Source: Mobula hypostoma
Taxonomy: Eukaryota
Reading direction: 5' to 3'
Length of the DNA stretch: 64,000 nt
Assembly: GCF_963921235.1 (NCBI RefSeq)
Contig: NC_086108.1
Span: forward strand, 113,276,001 to 113,340,000
The notes below the pieces were generated by a model. That model was not told where the DNA came from. It was given only the letters and a program-made list of their open reading frames with translations, and searched no databases. Of the stretch, positions 1 through 13,590 are shown piece by piece. Both the position numbers and the translations under genes were made by a program. The first letter of the stretch is position 1, and each line of letters opens with the position of its first letter.

Positions 1-54
1 AGGATGTCATTAAACCAGGGAGGGTGCAAAAGAGATTTAGGAGGATGCTATGGG

Positions 55-420
55 CCTGCACCTCCAAGAGCACCACAGCCTTGTCGCAGTTTGGAATCTT
101 GCGTGCCTCAGTGACCCGGAGAGCTATGCTGACTGGAGTCAGGGCTTTATCCTTCGGCTCTTGGTAGGGTCACCCATGCCAAACAGGGCAAATGGTGGAG
201 GCCAGACTAAGAGTGGTCCACAAATCCTCCAGATTCGGGGGTTCAGTTCAGGGCTAACAACCCCGAGTGGTCAAACAAAACTGTTACAGAAAGAGCAATG
301 TTACGGAATCTACATCTGTGTGTGACAGTATTCCTGAGTCTCCACCCGGGACCTGCATGGCTGCCAGGGACAGACAGGGATGGAGGACCGTCATTGCTGC
401 AGCGAAACGAGCAGCGAGTA
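55..420 (+). mobile_element. RTE-clade (Expander/Rex3-like) 5' UTR-derived fragment
   Basis: Motifs gagagctatgctg...ggtagggtcacccatgccaaacagg...ggccagactaagag...gggctaacaacccc resemble fish RTE 5' ends; recognised from memory only. Confidence 0.45.
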
Positions 421-464
421 AGTAAGGACGGGACTGGAGGGCTCGGGTTGTAGGGAGGGGCTGG

Positions 465-995
465 GCAGAAACATCTCTGAGGATCTACCCTGGGCCCAGC
501 ACATTGCTGCAATTACAAGGAAGGCACGCCAGCATCTGACCGGCTGCATCACTGTCTGGTATGGATGCCCCAAAGCACAGGATCAGGAAAAACTGCAGAA
601 AGTTGCAAACTCAGCCAGCTCCTTCATGGCCACTAGCCTCCCCAGCATCGGGGACAACTTCAAAGGGTGTTGCCTCAAGAAGGCAGCAGCCATCATGAAG
701 GACTCCCACATCCCAGGACATGCCCTCGTCTCATTGCTACCATCAGGGAGGAGGTCCGGGAGAAGACACGCACTCAGTGATTCCACAGATTCTTCCCCTT
801 TGCCGTCCGACTTCTGAATGCACATCGAACCCATAAACACTACCTTGCTTCTTTTCTGCTCTCTCCTCGTGTTACTTATTCATTTTTTATATTTCTTATT
901 GTAACTTTTTGTCATTTTTGATGAATTAAATCGTACTGCTGCTGCAAAACAAATTTCACAACCTACATCAGCAATAACAAACCTGATTTTGACCT
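465..995 (+). mobile_element. Rex1/Babar LINE 3' fragment
   Basis: Degenerate EDLPWAQH / GCITVWYG / LPSI...KKAAAIMKDSHIPGHALVSLLPSGRR, then a 3' UTR ending aacaaacctgattttgac. Confidence 0.7.
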
Positions 996-1975
996 TTTGC
1001 CTCTGGAGGGTAGGAGGCTAAGACATGACCTCAGAGATTTATAAGATCATGGGGAACATAGATAAGGGTTTCAGACTTCTTCTGAGAGATGGGGAGCCTG
1101 AAATTAGAGGGCATAGTTTCAAAGTGAAAGGGGAGGGATTTAAAAATGATTTGAGAGGAAACATTTTAACATCTCTGAGGATCTATCCTGGGCCAAACAT
1201 ACAGATGCAATCACGAAGAAGGCGAGCCAGAGGCTACACTTCATTCGGACCCATAAACACTATCTCACAGTTTTTGCTTTTTCTTTGCACTACTTCTTTA
1301 TATATATATTTCTTCAAGTAGTTTGTAGTATATTTTATGGACTGCCACAAAACAACAAATTTCAGGACATGTGTTAGTGATAATAAACCTGATTCTGATT
1401 CACACAGAAAGTGGTGGATTTATGGAACGAGGAGCCAAAGGGTAGGCACAATTAGAGCATTTAAAATTCATTTGGAAATACTCACCGATAGGAAAGGTTC
1501 AGGGGTATATGAGGGTTCGGAGGTTTATGAATAGGAGGGTTACTGAGGTATACGAAGGTTCGGAGGTTCATGGATAGGAGCGTTTCAGAGGTATATGGAG
1601 GTTCAGAGGTTCAGAGGTACACAGACAGGAAAAGTTCACAGATATATGGACCAAACACAGGAGCTGCTTAAAAAGAAAAATTGTTTGACATGGACGAGAT
1701 GAGCTGAAGGCCTGCTTATGTGCACGAATGATCTATGGTGCACATAACAACCCTCTGACTATTGGTAGTGCAGACTTACCAAAAAGAAACTTGGATTATG
1801 AGGGTTAGATTACAAGGGGAGATTGTGCAGATTCATTGTATAAATCACTGGCGAAGCCTAATTTGGAGTATTGTGTGCAGTTTTGGTCACCTACCTACAG
1901 GAAAGAAATTCAATAAAAAATAAATTATAAAAAAAAAAGAAAAAAGAAAGAGAACGCAGAAAGTTTACAAGGAGG

Positions 1976-4105
1976 TTGCTGGCAAACATGCAGTCTCTCA
2001 TGAATAAAATCGATGATCTCAGACCTAGGGTGCTGAATCAGAGGGACATCAGGACCGCGTGTGTCCTTTGTTTCACGGAATCTTGGTTAACCCCTTCTGT
2101 ACCAGATGCAGTGAACCAGATCGACAGGTTTACTATACACCACCAGGATAGACCTATAGAGTCTCTCAAAACCAGAAATGGAGGAGTATGCCTCATGACC
2201 AACTCTTCTTGGTGCACAAATATATCAGTACTGTCCCAATTCTGCTCACCAGACCTGGAATATCTAGCAGTTAAATGCCATCCCTTTTACCTACCACGGG
2301 AGTTCTCCGGGGTCATTTTGGTAGCAGTATACATTCCATCTCAGGCCAATGTCAAGCAGGCTTTAGATGATCTGAGCAATGGGATCAACATGAATGAAAC
2401 AGTGCACCCTAACAGCTTCACCATTGTTTTGGGAGATTTTAACCAGGCCAGTTTGAAAAAATCACAAAGCAACTACCATCAACAGATCATGTGCAAAACC
2501 AGAGGAAACAACACACTGGACCATTGCTACACCACCATCAAGAATGTCTACCGTGCTATTCCACACCCTCACTTCGGGAAGTCTGATCACCTGGCTGTAC
2601 TTCTACTCCCTGAGTATAGGCAGAGACTGAAGACTGCAGCACCAGTGAGGACCAAGAAGATATGGACAAGGGAAGCAGAGGAGTGCCTACAGGACTGCTT
2701 TGAATTGGTGGACTGGACTGTATTCAGGGATTCATCTTTGAACCTGGATGAGTATACTGCAGTTGTGACCAACTTCATTAAAACCTGGGTGGATGAGTGT
2801 GTGCTTACAAGGACTTACTGCACAAAACCAAACCAAAAGCCGTGGATGAACCAGGAGGTACATCATCTGCTGAAGGCTGGATCTGTGGCATTCAAGTCTG
2901 GTGACCCAGGTTTGTACCAGAAAACCAAGTATAATTTGCAGAGGGCTACTTCAGGGGTGAAGAGACAATTTCGAACGAGGTTGGAGGTGACATCGGATGC
3001 ACGACAACTCTGGCAGGGTTTGCAAGACATTACTTCCTACAAAAAGCAAAACCCAGTAGCATAAATGGCAGCAATGCTTCTCTATCAGATGAACTCAACG
3101 CCTTCTACGCCCGCTTTGAAAGAGAGGATACAACTACAGCTGTGAAGATCCCTGCTGCACCTGATGACCCTGTGGCCTCTGTCTCAGAGGTCGATGTTAG
3201 ACTGTCTTTAAAGAGAATGAACCCTCGCAAGGCAGTAGGTCCCCAAGGAGTAGCTGGTAAGGCTCTGAAAACCTGTGCCAACCAACTCGCAAGGATATTT
3301 TCAACTTCTCACTGTTATGGGTGGAAGTTCCCACGTACTTCAAAAAGGCAACAATTATACCAGTGCCTAAGAAGAATAATGTGATCTGTCTTAATGACTA
3401 TCACCTGGTAGCACTCACACTGACAGTGATGAAATGCTTTGAGAGGTTGGTCATGACTAGACTGAACTCCTGCCTCAGCAAGGACCTGGACCCATTGAAA
3501 TTTGCCTATCAGCATAATAGGTCAACGGCAGATGCAATCTCAATGGCTCTCCACATGGCTTTAGACCACGTGGACAACACAAACACCTATGTCAGGATGC
3601 TGTTCATCGACTATAGCTCAGCATTTAATACCATCATTCCCACAATCCTGATTGAGAAGTTGCAGAACCTGGGCCTCTGTACCTCCCTCTGCAATTGGAT
3701 CCTCGACTTCCTAACCGGACGACCACGATCTGTGCAGATTGGTGATAACATATCCTCCTCACTGACAATCAACACTGGCGCACCTCAGGGGTGTGTGCTT
3801 AGCCTACTGCTCTACTCCCTCTATACCCATGACTGTGTGGCTAGGCATAGCTCAAATACCATCTATAAATTTGCTGATGATACAACCATTGTTGGTAGAA
3901 TCTCAGGTGGTGACGAGAGGGTGCACAGGAGTGAGATATGCCAACTAGTGGAGTGGTGCTGCAGCAACAACCTGGCACTCAATGTCAGTAAGAAGAAAGA
4001 GCTGATTGTGGGCTTCAGGAAGGGTAAGAAGAAGAAACACATACCAAAACTCATAGAGGGATCAGAAGTGGAGAGAGTGAGCAGCTTCAAGTTCCTGGGT
4101 GTCAA
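1976..4105 (+). mobile_element. Rex1/Babar-clade LINE ORF2 (APE endonuclease + RT), frameshifted and 3'-truncated
   Basis: LANMQSL..K.D.L, CFTESWL, VYIP, GDFN, TLDHCY, SDH (endonuclease); [29 protein letters not shown] (RT). Breaks after FKFLGV at ~4105. Confidence 0.9.
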
Positions 4106-7100
4106 GAAGTTGAGAAGCAGGACCTCAAAGGTAGTAATCTCCGGATTACTGCCTGTGCCATGTGACAGTGAGTATAGGAATAGAGTGAGGTGGAGGATAA
4201 ATGTGTAGCTGAGGGATTGGAGTGGGGGCAGGGATTCAGATTTCTGGATCATTGGGACCTCTTTTGGGGCAGGAGTAACCTGTACAAAAAGGACAGGTTG
4301 CACTTGAATCCCAGGGGGCCAATGTCCTGGCGGGGAGGTTTGCTAAGGCTATTGGGGAGAATTTAAACTAGAATAGCTGGGGGGTGGGAACCGAATTGAA
4401 GTGACGGAGGAAAGGGAGGTTGGCTCACAAATACAGAAAGCTTGGAGAGATTGCGAAGGGGAGGATGGGCAGGTGATAGAGAAGGGACGTGCTCAGACCG
4501 TTGGTTTGAGATGTGTATTTTAATGTGAGGAGTATTATGAACAAAGCGGATGAGCTTAGAGCGTAGATCAATACTTGGAGCTATGATGTTCTGGCCATTA
4601 CAGAGACTAGGATAGTGCAGGGGCAGGAGTGGCTACTTAGACTGCCAGACTTTAGATGTTTCAGAAAGGACAGGGAGGGAGGCAAGAGAGGTGGGGGCAT
4701 GGCACTGTTGATCAGAGATAGTGTCACGGCTGCAGAAAAGGAGGAAGTCATGGAGGGGTTGTCTATGGAGTCTCTGTGGGTGGAAGTTAGGAATAGGGAG
4801 GGGTCAATAACTCTACTGGGTGTTTTTTTATAGACTTCCCAATAGTAACAGGAACATTGAGGAACAGATAGGGAGACAGATTCTGCAAAGGTGTAATAAT
4901 AACAGGGTTGTTGTGGTGGGAGATTTTAATTTTCCAAATATTGATTAGCACCTCCCTAGAATGAGGGGTTTAGATGGGGTGGAGTTTGTTAGGTGTGTTC
5001 AGGAAGGTTTCTTGACACAATATGTAGGTAAGCCTTCAAGAGGAGAGGCTGTACTTGATCTGGTATTGGGAAATGAACATGGTCAGGTGTCAGATCTCTC
5101 AGTGGGAGAGCATTTTGGAGATAGTGATCACAATTCCATCTCCTTTACCATAGCATTGGAGAGGGATAGGAACAGACAGGTTAGGGTAACATTTAATTGG
5201 AGTAAGGGGAAATATGATGCTATCAGGCAGAAACTTGGAAGCATAAATTGGAAACAGATGTTCTCAGGAAGAAATGTGGCAAACGTTCAGTTGAAATTTG
5301 CATGGGATTCTGCATAGGTATGTTCCAATGAGACAGGGAAAGGATGGTAAGGTACAGGAACCATGGTGTACAAAGGTTGTTGTAAATCTAGTCAAGAAGA
5401 GCTTATGAAAGGTTCAAAAAACTAGGTAATGATAGAGATCTAGAAGATTATAAGGTTAGCAGGAAGGAGCTTAAGAATAAAATTAGGAGAGCCAGAAGGG
5501 GCCATGAGAAGGCCTTGGCAGACAGGATTAATGAAAACCCAAGGCATTCTACAAGTATGTGAAGAGTAAGAGGATCAGACGTGAGAGAATAGGACCAATC
5601 AAGTGTGACAGTGGAAAAGTGTGTATGGAACCGGAGGAAATAGCGGAGGTACTTAATGAATACTTGGCTTCAGTATTCACTATGGAAAAGGATCTTGGCA
5701 ATTATAGAATTGATTTGCAGTGGACCGAAAAGCTTCAGCATGTAGATATTATGGAAGAGGATGTTCTGGAGCTTTTGGAAAGCATCAAGTTGGATAAGAC
5801 ACCGGGACCGGACAGGATATACCCCGGGCTACTGTGGAAAGCAAGGGAGGAGACTGCTGAGCCTCTGGTGATGATCTTTCCATCATCAATGGGGATGGGA
5901 GAGGTTCCGGAGGACTGGAGGGTTGCAGATGTTGCTCCCTTATTCAAGAAAGGGAGTAGAGATAGCCCAGGAAATTATAGACCAGTGAGTCTTACCTCAG
6001 TGGTTGGTAAGTTGATGGAGAAGATCCTGAGAGGCCGGATTTATGAACATTTGAAGAGGTATGATATGAATAGGAATAGTCAGCATGGCTTTGTCATGGG
6101 CAGGTCATGCCTTACGAGCCTGATTTAATTTTTTGAGGATGTGACTAAACACATTGATGAAGGTAGAGCATAAGATGTAGTGTATATGGATTTCAGCAAG
6201 GCATTTGATAAGGTATCCCATACAAGACTTATTGAGAAAGTAAGGAGGCATGGGATCCAAGGGGACACTGCTTTGTGGATCCAGAACTGGCTTGCCCACA
6301 GAAGACAAAGAGTGGTTGTAGACAGGTCATATTCTGCATGGAGGTTGGTGACAAGTGGTGTGCCTCAGGGATCTGTTCTGGAACCGCTACTCTTTCGCGA
6401 TTTTTACAAATGAGCCGGATGAGGAAGTGAAGGGATGGGTTAGTAAATTTGCTGATGACACGAAGCTTGGGGATGTTGTGGATAGTGTGGAGGGCTGTCA
6501 GAGGTTACAGTGGGACACTGACAGGATGCAAAACTGGGCTGAGAAGTGGCAGATGGAGTTCAACCCAGATAAGTGTGAGGTGGTTCATTTTGGTAGGTCA
6601 AATATGATGGCAGAATATAGTTTTAATGGTAAGACTCTTGGCAGTGTGCAGGATCAAAGGGATCTTGGGGTCTGAGTCCATAGGATACTCAAATCAGCTG
6701 CGCAGGTTGACTCTGTGGTTAAGAAGGCATACAGGGCATTGGCCTTCATCAACCATGGAATTGAATTTAGGAGCCGAGAGATAATGTTGCAGCTATATAG
6801 AACCCCGGTCAGACCCCACTTGGAGTACTGTGCTCAGTTCTGTTCACCTCACTGCAGGAAGGATGTGGAAACCATAGAAAGGGTGCAGAGGAGATTTATA
6901 AGGATGTTGCCTGGATTGGGGAGCATGCCTTATGAAAACAGGTTGAGTGAACTCGGCCTTTTCTCCTTGGAGCGACGGAGGATGAGAGGTGACCTGATGG
7001 AGGAGTACAAGATGATGAGAGGCATTGATCGTGTGGATAGTCAGAGGCTTTTTCCCAGGGCTGAAATGGCTAGCATGAGAGGACACAGTTTTAAGGTGCT

Positions 7101-7357
7101 TGGAAGCTGGTACAGAAGAGATGTCAGGGGTAAGTTTTTTACTCAGAGAGTGGTGAGTGCGTGGAATGGGCTGTCGGCGGCAGTGGTGGAAGCAGGAACA
7201 ACAGGGTCTTTTAACAGGTTCCCGGATAGGTACATGGAGCTTAGAAAAATAGAGGGCTATGGGTAAAGCCTAGGTAGTTCTAAGGTAGGGACATGTTTGG
7301 CACAGCTTTGTGGGCCGAAGGGCCTGTATTGTGCTGTAGGTTTTCTCTGTTTCTATG
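4106..7357 (+). mobile_element. CR1 LINE, near full length (end of ORF1 SGNH-esterase region + degenerate ORF2 + 3' tail)
   Basis: [14 protein letters not shown] (ORF1-like); [50 protein letters not shown]; tail gggccgaagggcctgtattgtgctgtaggttttct...tttctatg. Confidence 0.93.
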
Positions 7358-7546
7358 AGAATGGCCAGACTGGCTCAAACTGACAGGAAGGTGACGGTAA
7401 CTCAAATAACCATGAGTTACAACAGTGGAGTGCTGAAGAACATGTCGGCATGTAAAACATGTTGAGTTTTGAAATGGACGGGCTACAGCAGCAGAAGAGC
7501 ATAGCAGCTTCCACTTCTGTACTTAATAAAGTGACCACTGAATATA
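7358..7546 (+). mobile_element. Tc1-like DNA transposon remnant (part of transposase HTH region + right terminus)
   Basis: Reads RMARLAQTDRKVTVTQITMSYNSGV...KWTGYSSRRA, then taataaagtgaccactgaatata, resembling a Tc1 terminal repeat ending in TA. Confidence 0.6.
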
Positions 7547-8084
7547 TGTTTGTTCTATGTTCTATCTCTTCCCCCTCTTCAACTCTACATTTCTGCTTTA
7601 AGACATTTCTTTAAACTTATCTCAAACTTTTACCTGTTCACAGCCACACACATCCTTAGTTGTTCCTCAGGACATTTTAGAAAGGGCAGCCAGAGACTTT
7701 TTCCTCAGGGTGGAAATGGCTAATACGAGGGGGCATAATTTAAAGTGACTAAAGGAAAGTATAGGGGGGATGACTGAGATAAGTTTTTTTTACACTGAGA
7801 TCGGTGGGTGCATGAAACAGATCACCAGAGGTGGTGGTAGAGGCAGATTCATTAGGGACATTTACAAGGTTCTTAGGTAGGCACGTGGATGATAGAAAAA
7901 TAGAGGGCTACGTAGGAGGGAAGAATTAAATTGATCTTAGAGTAGGTTGAAACTCAGCACAACATTGTGGGTCAAAGGACTTGTACTGTGCCATAATATT
8001 CTGTGTTCTATAAATGTGTGAAGCGTTGTCCTTTGGGAGATCAAATGTAAAGGGTCAGTATGCTCTTATTGACGAGAACCTTTG

Positions 8085-8640
8085 CACCCGGGAGGCAACA
8101 TATCATCCGGGAATCTAGCTGTCACCCACAAAACCTCCTGTTCGTTCCCCTAATTAATGAATCCCCTGTCACCACAGTGTGCCTCTTCTTTCCCTTTCCT
8201 GTCTGAATCACAGAGGCAGTCTCAGTGCCAGAGACCTGATTACTGTGACTTTCCTGTTAGATCATCCCCCCTAACAGTATTCATGGTGATATACCTGTCG
8301 TTGAGGGAGATGGCCACAGGGGTACTCTGCACTGACTCCTTAACCCCTTTCCTCTTCCTGACTGTCCGGCACCATGGGTACAACTACCTCTCTCTTTGTC
8401 CTATCAGCCTCCCACATGATCCGGAGCTCATCCAGTTCCAGCTCCAACTCCTTAACATGGTTTGTTAGAAGCTGCAGTTGGATGCATTTCTCACAGTTGT
8501 AGTTGTCTGGGACACAGAAGGTCTCCTTGCCTTCCCACAAGAGCATTGCACTATCCGCCTGGCATCTCTATCTAACTGATCAGATATGAAGAAGAGAAGG
8601 GAAAAAAACTTGAGCTTTGCTTTCTCTGAGTAGAGCCTCT
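8085..8640 (-). mobile_element. CR1 ORF1 fragment (Cys motif + coiled coil)
   Basis: VPDNYNCEKCIQLQLLTNHVKELELELDELRI (ORF 8340-8546); the 8085-8170 part matches the ORF1 esterase-like sequence at ~17180-17270. Confidence 0.7.
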
Positions 8641-8649
8641 CTTCACGGA

Positions 8650-9855
8650 AGCCTTAATTTGCAGGTTGACTCTGTCGTGAGGAAGGCAAATGCAATGTTG
8701 ACATTCATTCCAAGTGGACCAGAATAGCAAGGTTGTAATGTTGAGAGTTCATAAATCACTGCTGAGGCCTCACTTGGAGTATTGTGAACAGTTTCGTGAA
8801 GGACATTCTCAGACATCCCACCTCTCCCGGAAGTTCCGGGAGTCTCTCGCATATTAATAGTGGCTCCCTGATGCCCGCAAATTATATACAATGTCCCAGA
8901 AATTGATTTTTTTTTGAGAGCGAGCGTGAGAGAATGCGCAAGAAAGAGCGAGAGAACGAGCACAAGAGCAAGAAAGCAAGCGCGAGTGAGAACGACCGCG
9001 AGAGAGCGAGCGTGAGTGAGTGACCACGAACGAAAGAGCGAGAGAGTTCCAAAAAAAGTCAGAGTAGCAGAGTGTTCCAAAAAAAGAAAATATAAAACGT
9101 ACATCACCCCAGACTACACTAAAGTGTACCCCTGCCTAATAGGGGTCAAAATAATGACAGTGTTGCTCACTGCACTGTTTGCAACAGTGACTTTTCTATT
9201 GCCCATGGTGGGTTAAGACTGTAAAAGACATGTTGAGGTGAGTTTAACAGGTGTCATTCATTCATTAGCATAGCTAACGTTATTTAAACTAGCTGGCTAG
9301 CTGCTAAGGAGCTACTCTATTGCAGACATCCCACCTCTCCCAGAAGTCTCCCACAAATTGATGGTGCTACCTCCCTGAAATGAGTTTTTGCAGGGTGGGA
9401 TGTCTGCATTCTGAAACTGGAAACAGTTCAAAGGAGGTTCACAAAAATGATTCCAGGATTGAATGGCTTGTCATATAAAGAGCGTTTGATGGCTCTGGAT
9501 CTGTATTCACTGGAATTTAGAAGAATGAGTGGTGATCTCATTGAAACCTATCGAATGGTGAAAGGTGTTGATAGAGTGGATGTGGAGAGGATGTTTCCTA
9601 TGGGGAAGAGTCTAAGACCAAAGGACACAGCTTCAGAATAGAGGGATATCCTTTTAGAATGGAGATGAGGAGGAATTTCTTTAGCTAGAGAGTGGTGAAT
9701 CTGTGGCTATTTAGGGAAGAGGTTAATAGGGTAAAGGGTGAAGACAGGAGATTGGGGCTGAGAGGAAAAATGAATCAGCCATGATAAATGGTGGGGCAGA
9801 ATTGATGGGCCAAATGGCCTATTTCTGTTCCTATAGCAGATGGACTTATGATCTT
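8650..9855 (+). mobile_element. CR1 3' fragment interrupted by a hAT-like MITE
   Basis: RT C-terminal sequence (LQVDSVVRKANAML, RPHLEYC, KDIL|KLETVQRRFTKMIPG) resumes exactly after the MITE at 9407. Confidence 0.8.
8810..9406 (+). mobile_element. Non-autonomous hAT-like DNA transposon (MITE), copy 1
   Basis: TIRs CAGACATCCCAC...GTGGGATGTCTG; 6-bp TSD CATTCT (8804-8809 / 9407-9412); internal KKRKYKTY...CTVCNSDFSIAHGG..CKRHVE motif, frameshifted. Confidence 0.85.
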
Positions 9856-10017
9856 ATCTTGGCCTTTCAATATTTGATCGTTTTCAATAAGATAGCACAT
9901 CATTTTTGTGAACTCCAGCAAGTACAGGCCCAAACCATCAGATTCGCCTCATACATTAACCCTTTCATTCCTGGACTCATTCTTGTGAGCCACCTCTGGA
10001 GCCACTCCAATGTCTCT

Positions 10018-10350
10018 AGTGGGCAGTGGGTAGAGCCGGTGCCTCATAGTTCCAGAGAATCAAGTTCACTCCTGCCTGCGTGGAGTTTACATGTTGTCCC
10101 TGTAACCATCTATGTCCTCCCGGGTGCTCCTGATTTCCTCCCACATTCCAAAGGTGTGTGGGCCAGTGGGTTAGTTGTCCACTGTAAATTATCCCTACAG
10201 TGGGGGTGAGGGGTGGAATCTGAGGGGAGTTGTTATTAATGTGGAGAGAAAGAAATGGGATCAGTGTAGGATTGCGGCCAATGGGTGGTTGATGTTCAGC
10301 AGAGACCTGTTGGGCTGAAGGGTCTGTTTTCCTACTCTAACCTCTGTGAC
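10018..10350 (+). mobile_element. tRNA-derived SINE (V-domain type) with CR1-derived tail
   Basis: Degenerate A/B-box head, central gtggagtttacatgttgtccctgt...cccgggtgctcctgatttcctcccacattccaaag, tail ttgggctgaagggtctgtttt. Related copies at ~16030-16330(-), 19330-19590(-), 21590-21885(+), 27262-27480(+), 39045-39300(+), 48230-48450(-), 54280-54520(-). Confidence 0.75.
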
Positions 10351-11377
10351 AAATAGGGCAGTAATGAGTCTCTTAAATGCCCCTCATGTGCCTGCCTCTA
10401 CAACCACCCCTGGCAGAGCTTCCACGCACCCACAACTCTCTGTGTTGAACTATCTCTGACTTTTGCCCAATCACCTTAAAATTATGCCCTCCTCGCCTTG
10501 TATTAGTCATTTCTGCCCTGGGTAAAAGTTTCTTGTCTGTCCTATCGATCTATTCCTCTTACCATCTTGTATTTCTCAATCAAGTCAGCTCCCACAATGA
10601 GCTATTGACAGCTACGTGAACTGAGTGGTTTCCTCTTTGACACAATGATCTCTAAGATCCTACAGTTATCAACCTCTGCCAAGCTACATTTAACGTGGCT
10701 GCCTCCACAGGAGGAGTCTCTGTAATTATAAAAGACCATAAAACATAGGAGCAGAATTAGGCCATTTGGTCCAACAAGTCTTCTGCACCATTCCATCATG
10801 GCTGATTTATTATCCCTCTCAACCTCATTCTCCTGCCTTCTCCCCGTAACCTTTGACACCCTGGCTAATCAAAAACCTATCAGCTCCCGCTTTAAATACA
10901 CTCAATGACTTGGCCTCCACAGCCATCTGTGGCAGTGAATTCCACAGATTCACCACCCTCTGGAGACTGTGAGTTGATAACATACTGTTAGTTAAGGCAG
11001 TTGAACCGTAGCGAGCAATTCATCAAAAAAATGACCAGAAGTCTTCGTAGATGTACAAAACCAACACGATATTGTATACTCGCAATCATTTGGCCGTTTC
11101 TATTAAGATCAGCCCAAGTGTCAGAGTATCTTTGAACATTTGTTCCAGTATGGAGTTTGTTGGTTTAAGCATCGATTTCTCTCCTGTGAAACAATCTACA
11201 ACATAGAACAGTAAAGCACAGGACAGGCCTTGCATCCAGGTGCCTATCTTAGAGTGTCTTAAGCACCAGTAATGTACCTGCCTCTACCATCACCCTGGCA
11301 ATGTGTTCCCCTCACCCACCGCTCTCTGTGTAAGAGACCTACGTTTGGCATCTGCCCATACACACAAGAGAGTCTGC

Positions 11378-11850
11378 AAATCAGTGCAGAAGGAGCTCAG
11401 CAGGTCAGACATCATCTGTGGAAAAAGTTAACTATTGACGTTTCGGCCGGGACACTTCCTCAGGACTGAGAAGGTAGGGGGAAAATGCCAGAATAAAAAG
11501 GTGGGGGAAGGGGAAAGAGGCTAGCTGGAAGGTGATAGGTGAAGCCAGGTGGGTGGGAAAGGTGAAGGGCTGGAGAAGAAAGAGTCTGATAGGAGAGGGG
11601 AGTGGACCATAGGAGAAAGGGAAGGAGGAGCAGACCCAGGGGAAGGTGATAGGCAGGCAAGAAGAGGTAAAGGGCTACAGTGGGGAACAGAGGAAGGGGG
11701 GGGGGATTTGTTTACTGGAAGGAGAAATCGATATTCATGCTATCAGGAGGGTACCCAGATGGAATATAAGATTCTGCAGATGCTGGAAATCCAGAGCAAC
11801 ACACACAAATTGGTGGAGGAACTCAGCAGGTCAGGCAGCATCTAGGGAGA
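11378..11850 (-). mobile_element. Penelope-like element 3' UTR / pseudo-LTR remnant, with a tandem second terminal repeat
   Basis: Reverse complement of the 3' UTR/terminal repeat of the PLE at 22920-23272; contains a degenerate hammerhead motif at 11433-11467. Confidence 0.7.
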
Positions 11851-12162
11851 GGGATATGTACATTGTGTAGGTGGAAGGGTAGCCTGGAGCTTAGAAGAAT
11901 GGGGGGGGGGTGTTTCATTGAAACCTATCAAATATTAAATGCCTAGACAAAGTGGATATGGAGAGGATGTTTCCAGTAGTGGAGGAGTCTAGGAGCAGAA
12001 ATGAGAGAGGTACTATATTGTAACATACTGTATATGCACTTCAATGAAAAATGATTTAGAAACATTGAACATTGCAGCACAATACAGGCCCTTCGGCTCA
12101 GATGTTGTGCAGACATTTTAACCCACTCCAAGATTAATCTAACCTTTTCCTCCCACATAGCC

Positions 12163-13590
12163 ATAAGACCATAAGATATAGGAGCAGAAGCAGGCCATTT
12201 GGCCCATCAAGTCTGCTCTGCCGTTCAATCATGGGCTGATCCAATTCTTCCAGTCACCCCCACTCCCCTGCCTTCTCCCCATACCCTTTGATGTCCTGGT
12301 TAATCAAGAACCTATCTAACTCTGCCTTTAATAACACAATAACTTGGCCTCCACAGCCACACGTGGCAACAAATTCCACTGATTTACCACCCTCTGACTA
12401 AAGTAATTTCTCCTTATCTCTGTTCTTAATGGACGTCCTTCAATCCTGAAGTCGTGCCCTCTTGTCCTAGAAATAACCTTACCATATCTAATCTGTCAGG
12501 CCTCTTAACATTTGAAATGTTTCTATGAGATTCCCCCCCCTCGTTCTCCTGAACTCCAGGGTATTCAGCCCAAGAGCTGCCAGACGTTCCTCATATGGTA
12601 ACCCTTTCATTCCTGGAATCATTCTTGTGAATTTTCTCTGAACCTTCTCAATGTCAGCATATCCTTTCCAAAATAAGGAGCCTGAAACTGCACACAATCC
12701 TCCAAGTGTGGTCTCACAAGTGTCTTATAGAGCCTCAACATCACATCCCTGCTCTTATATTCTATACCTCTAGAAATGAATGCCAACATTGCATTCGCCT
12801 TCTTCACCACTGACTCGACCTGGAGGTTAACCTTTAGAGTATCCTGCACAAGGACTCCCAAGTCCCTTTGCATCTCTGCATTGTGAATTCTCTCCCCATC
12901 TAAATAATAATCTGCCCATTTATTTCTTCCACCAAAGTGCATGACCATACACTTTCCAACATTGTATTTCATTTGCCACTTCTTTGCCCATTCCTCTAAA
13001 TTATCTAAGTCTCTCTGCAGGCTCTCTGTTTCCTCAACACGACCCACTCCTCCACCTATCTTTGTATCATCGGCAAATTTAGCCACAAATCTATTAATCC
13101 CATAGTCCAAATCATTGACATAAATTGTGAAAAGCAGCAGTCCCAACACCGACCGCTGTGGAACTCCACTGGTAACCGGCAGCCAGCCAGAATAGGATCC
13201 CTTTTTTCTTACTCTCTGTTTTCTGCCGACCAGCCAATGCTCCACCCATGCTAGTAACTCCCCTGTAATTCCATGGGCTCTTATCTTGTTAAACAGCCTC
13301 GTGCATGGCACCTTGTCAAAGGCCTTCTGAAAATCTAAGTACACCACATCTACTGCATCTCCTTTCTCTACCCTGCTTGTAATTTCCTCAAAATATTGTA
13401 GTAGGTTAGTCAGGCAGGATTTCCCTTTATGAAACCATGCTGGCTTTGGCCTATCTTGTCATGTGCCTCCAGGTACACCGTAATCTCATCCCTAACAATC
13501 GATTCCAACAAATTCCCAACCACTGACGTAGTTTCCTTTCTGCTGCCTCCCACCCTTCTTAAATAGTGGAGTAACATTTGCAATTTTCCT
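12163..13590 (-). mobile_element. CR1 LINE 3' half (RT + tail)
   Basis: YLDFQKAFDKV, GVPQRSVLG, KFADDTK, RPHLEDC; tail appears on + as cataagaccataagatataggagcagaa. Lies ~300 bp past the exon donor. Confidence 0.9.

Noticed and set aside
55..330. HDV-like ribozyme in RTE-type 5' ends (also 19737-19900)
   Set aside because: Known for some RTE/Ingi elements, but I could not trace the nested double pseudoknot by eye; needs a structure-based motif search.
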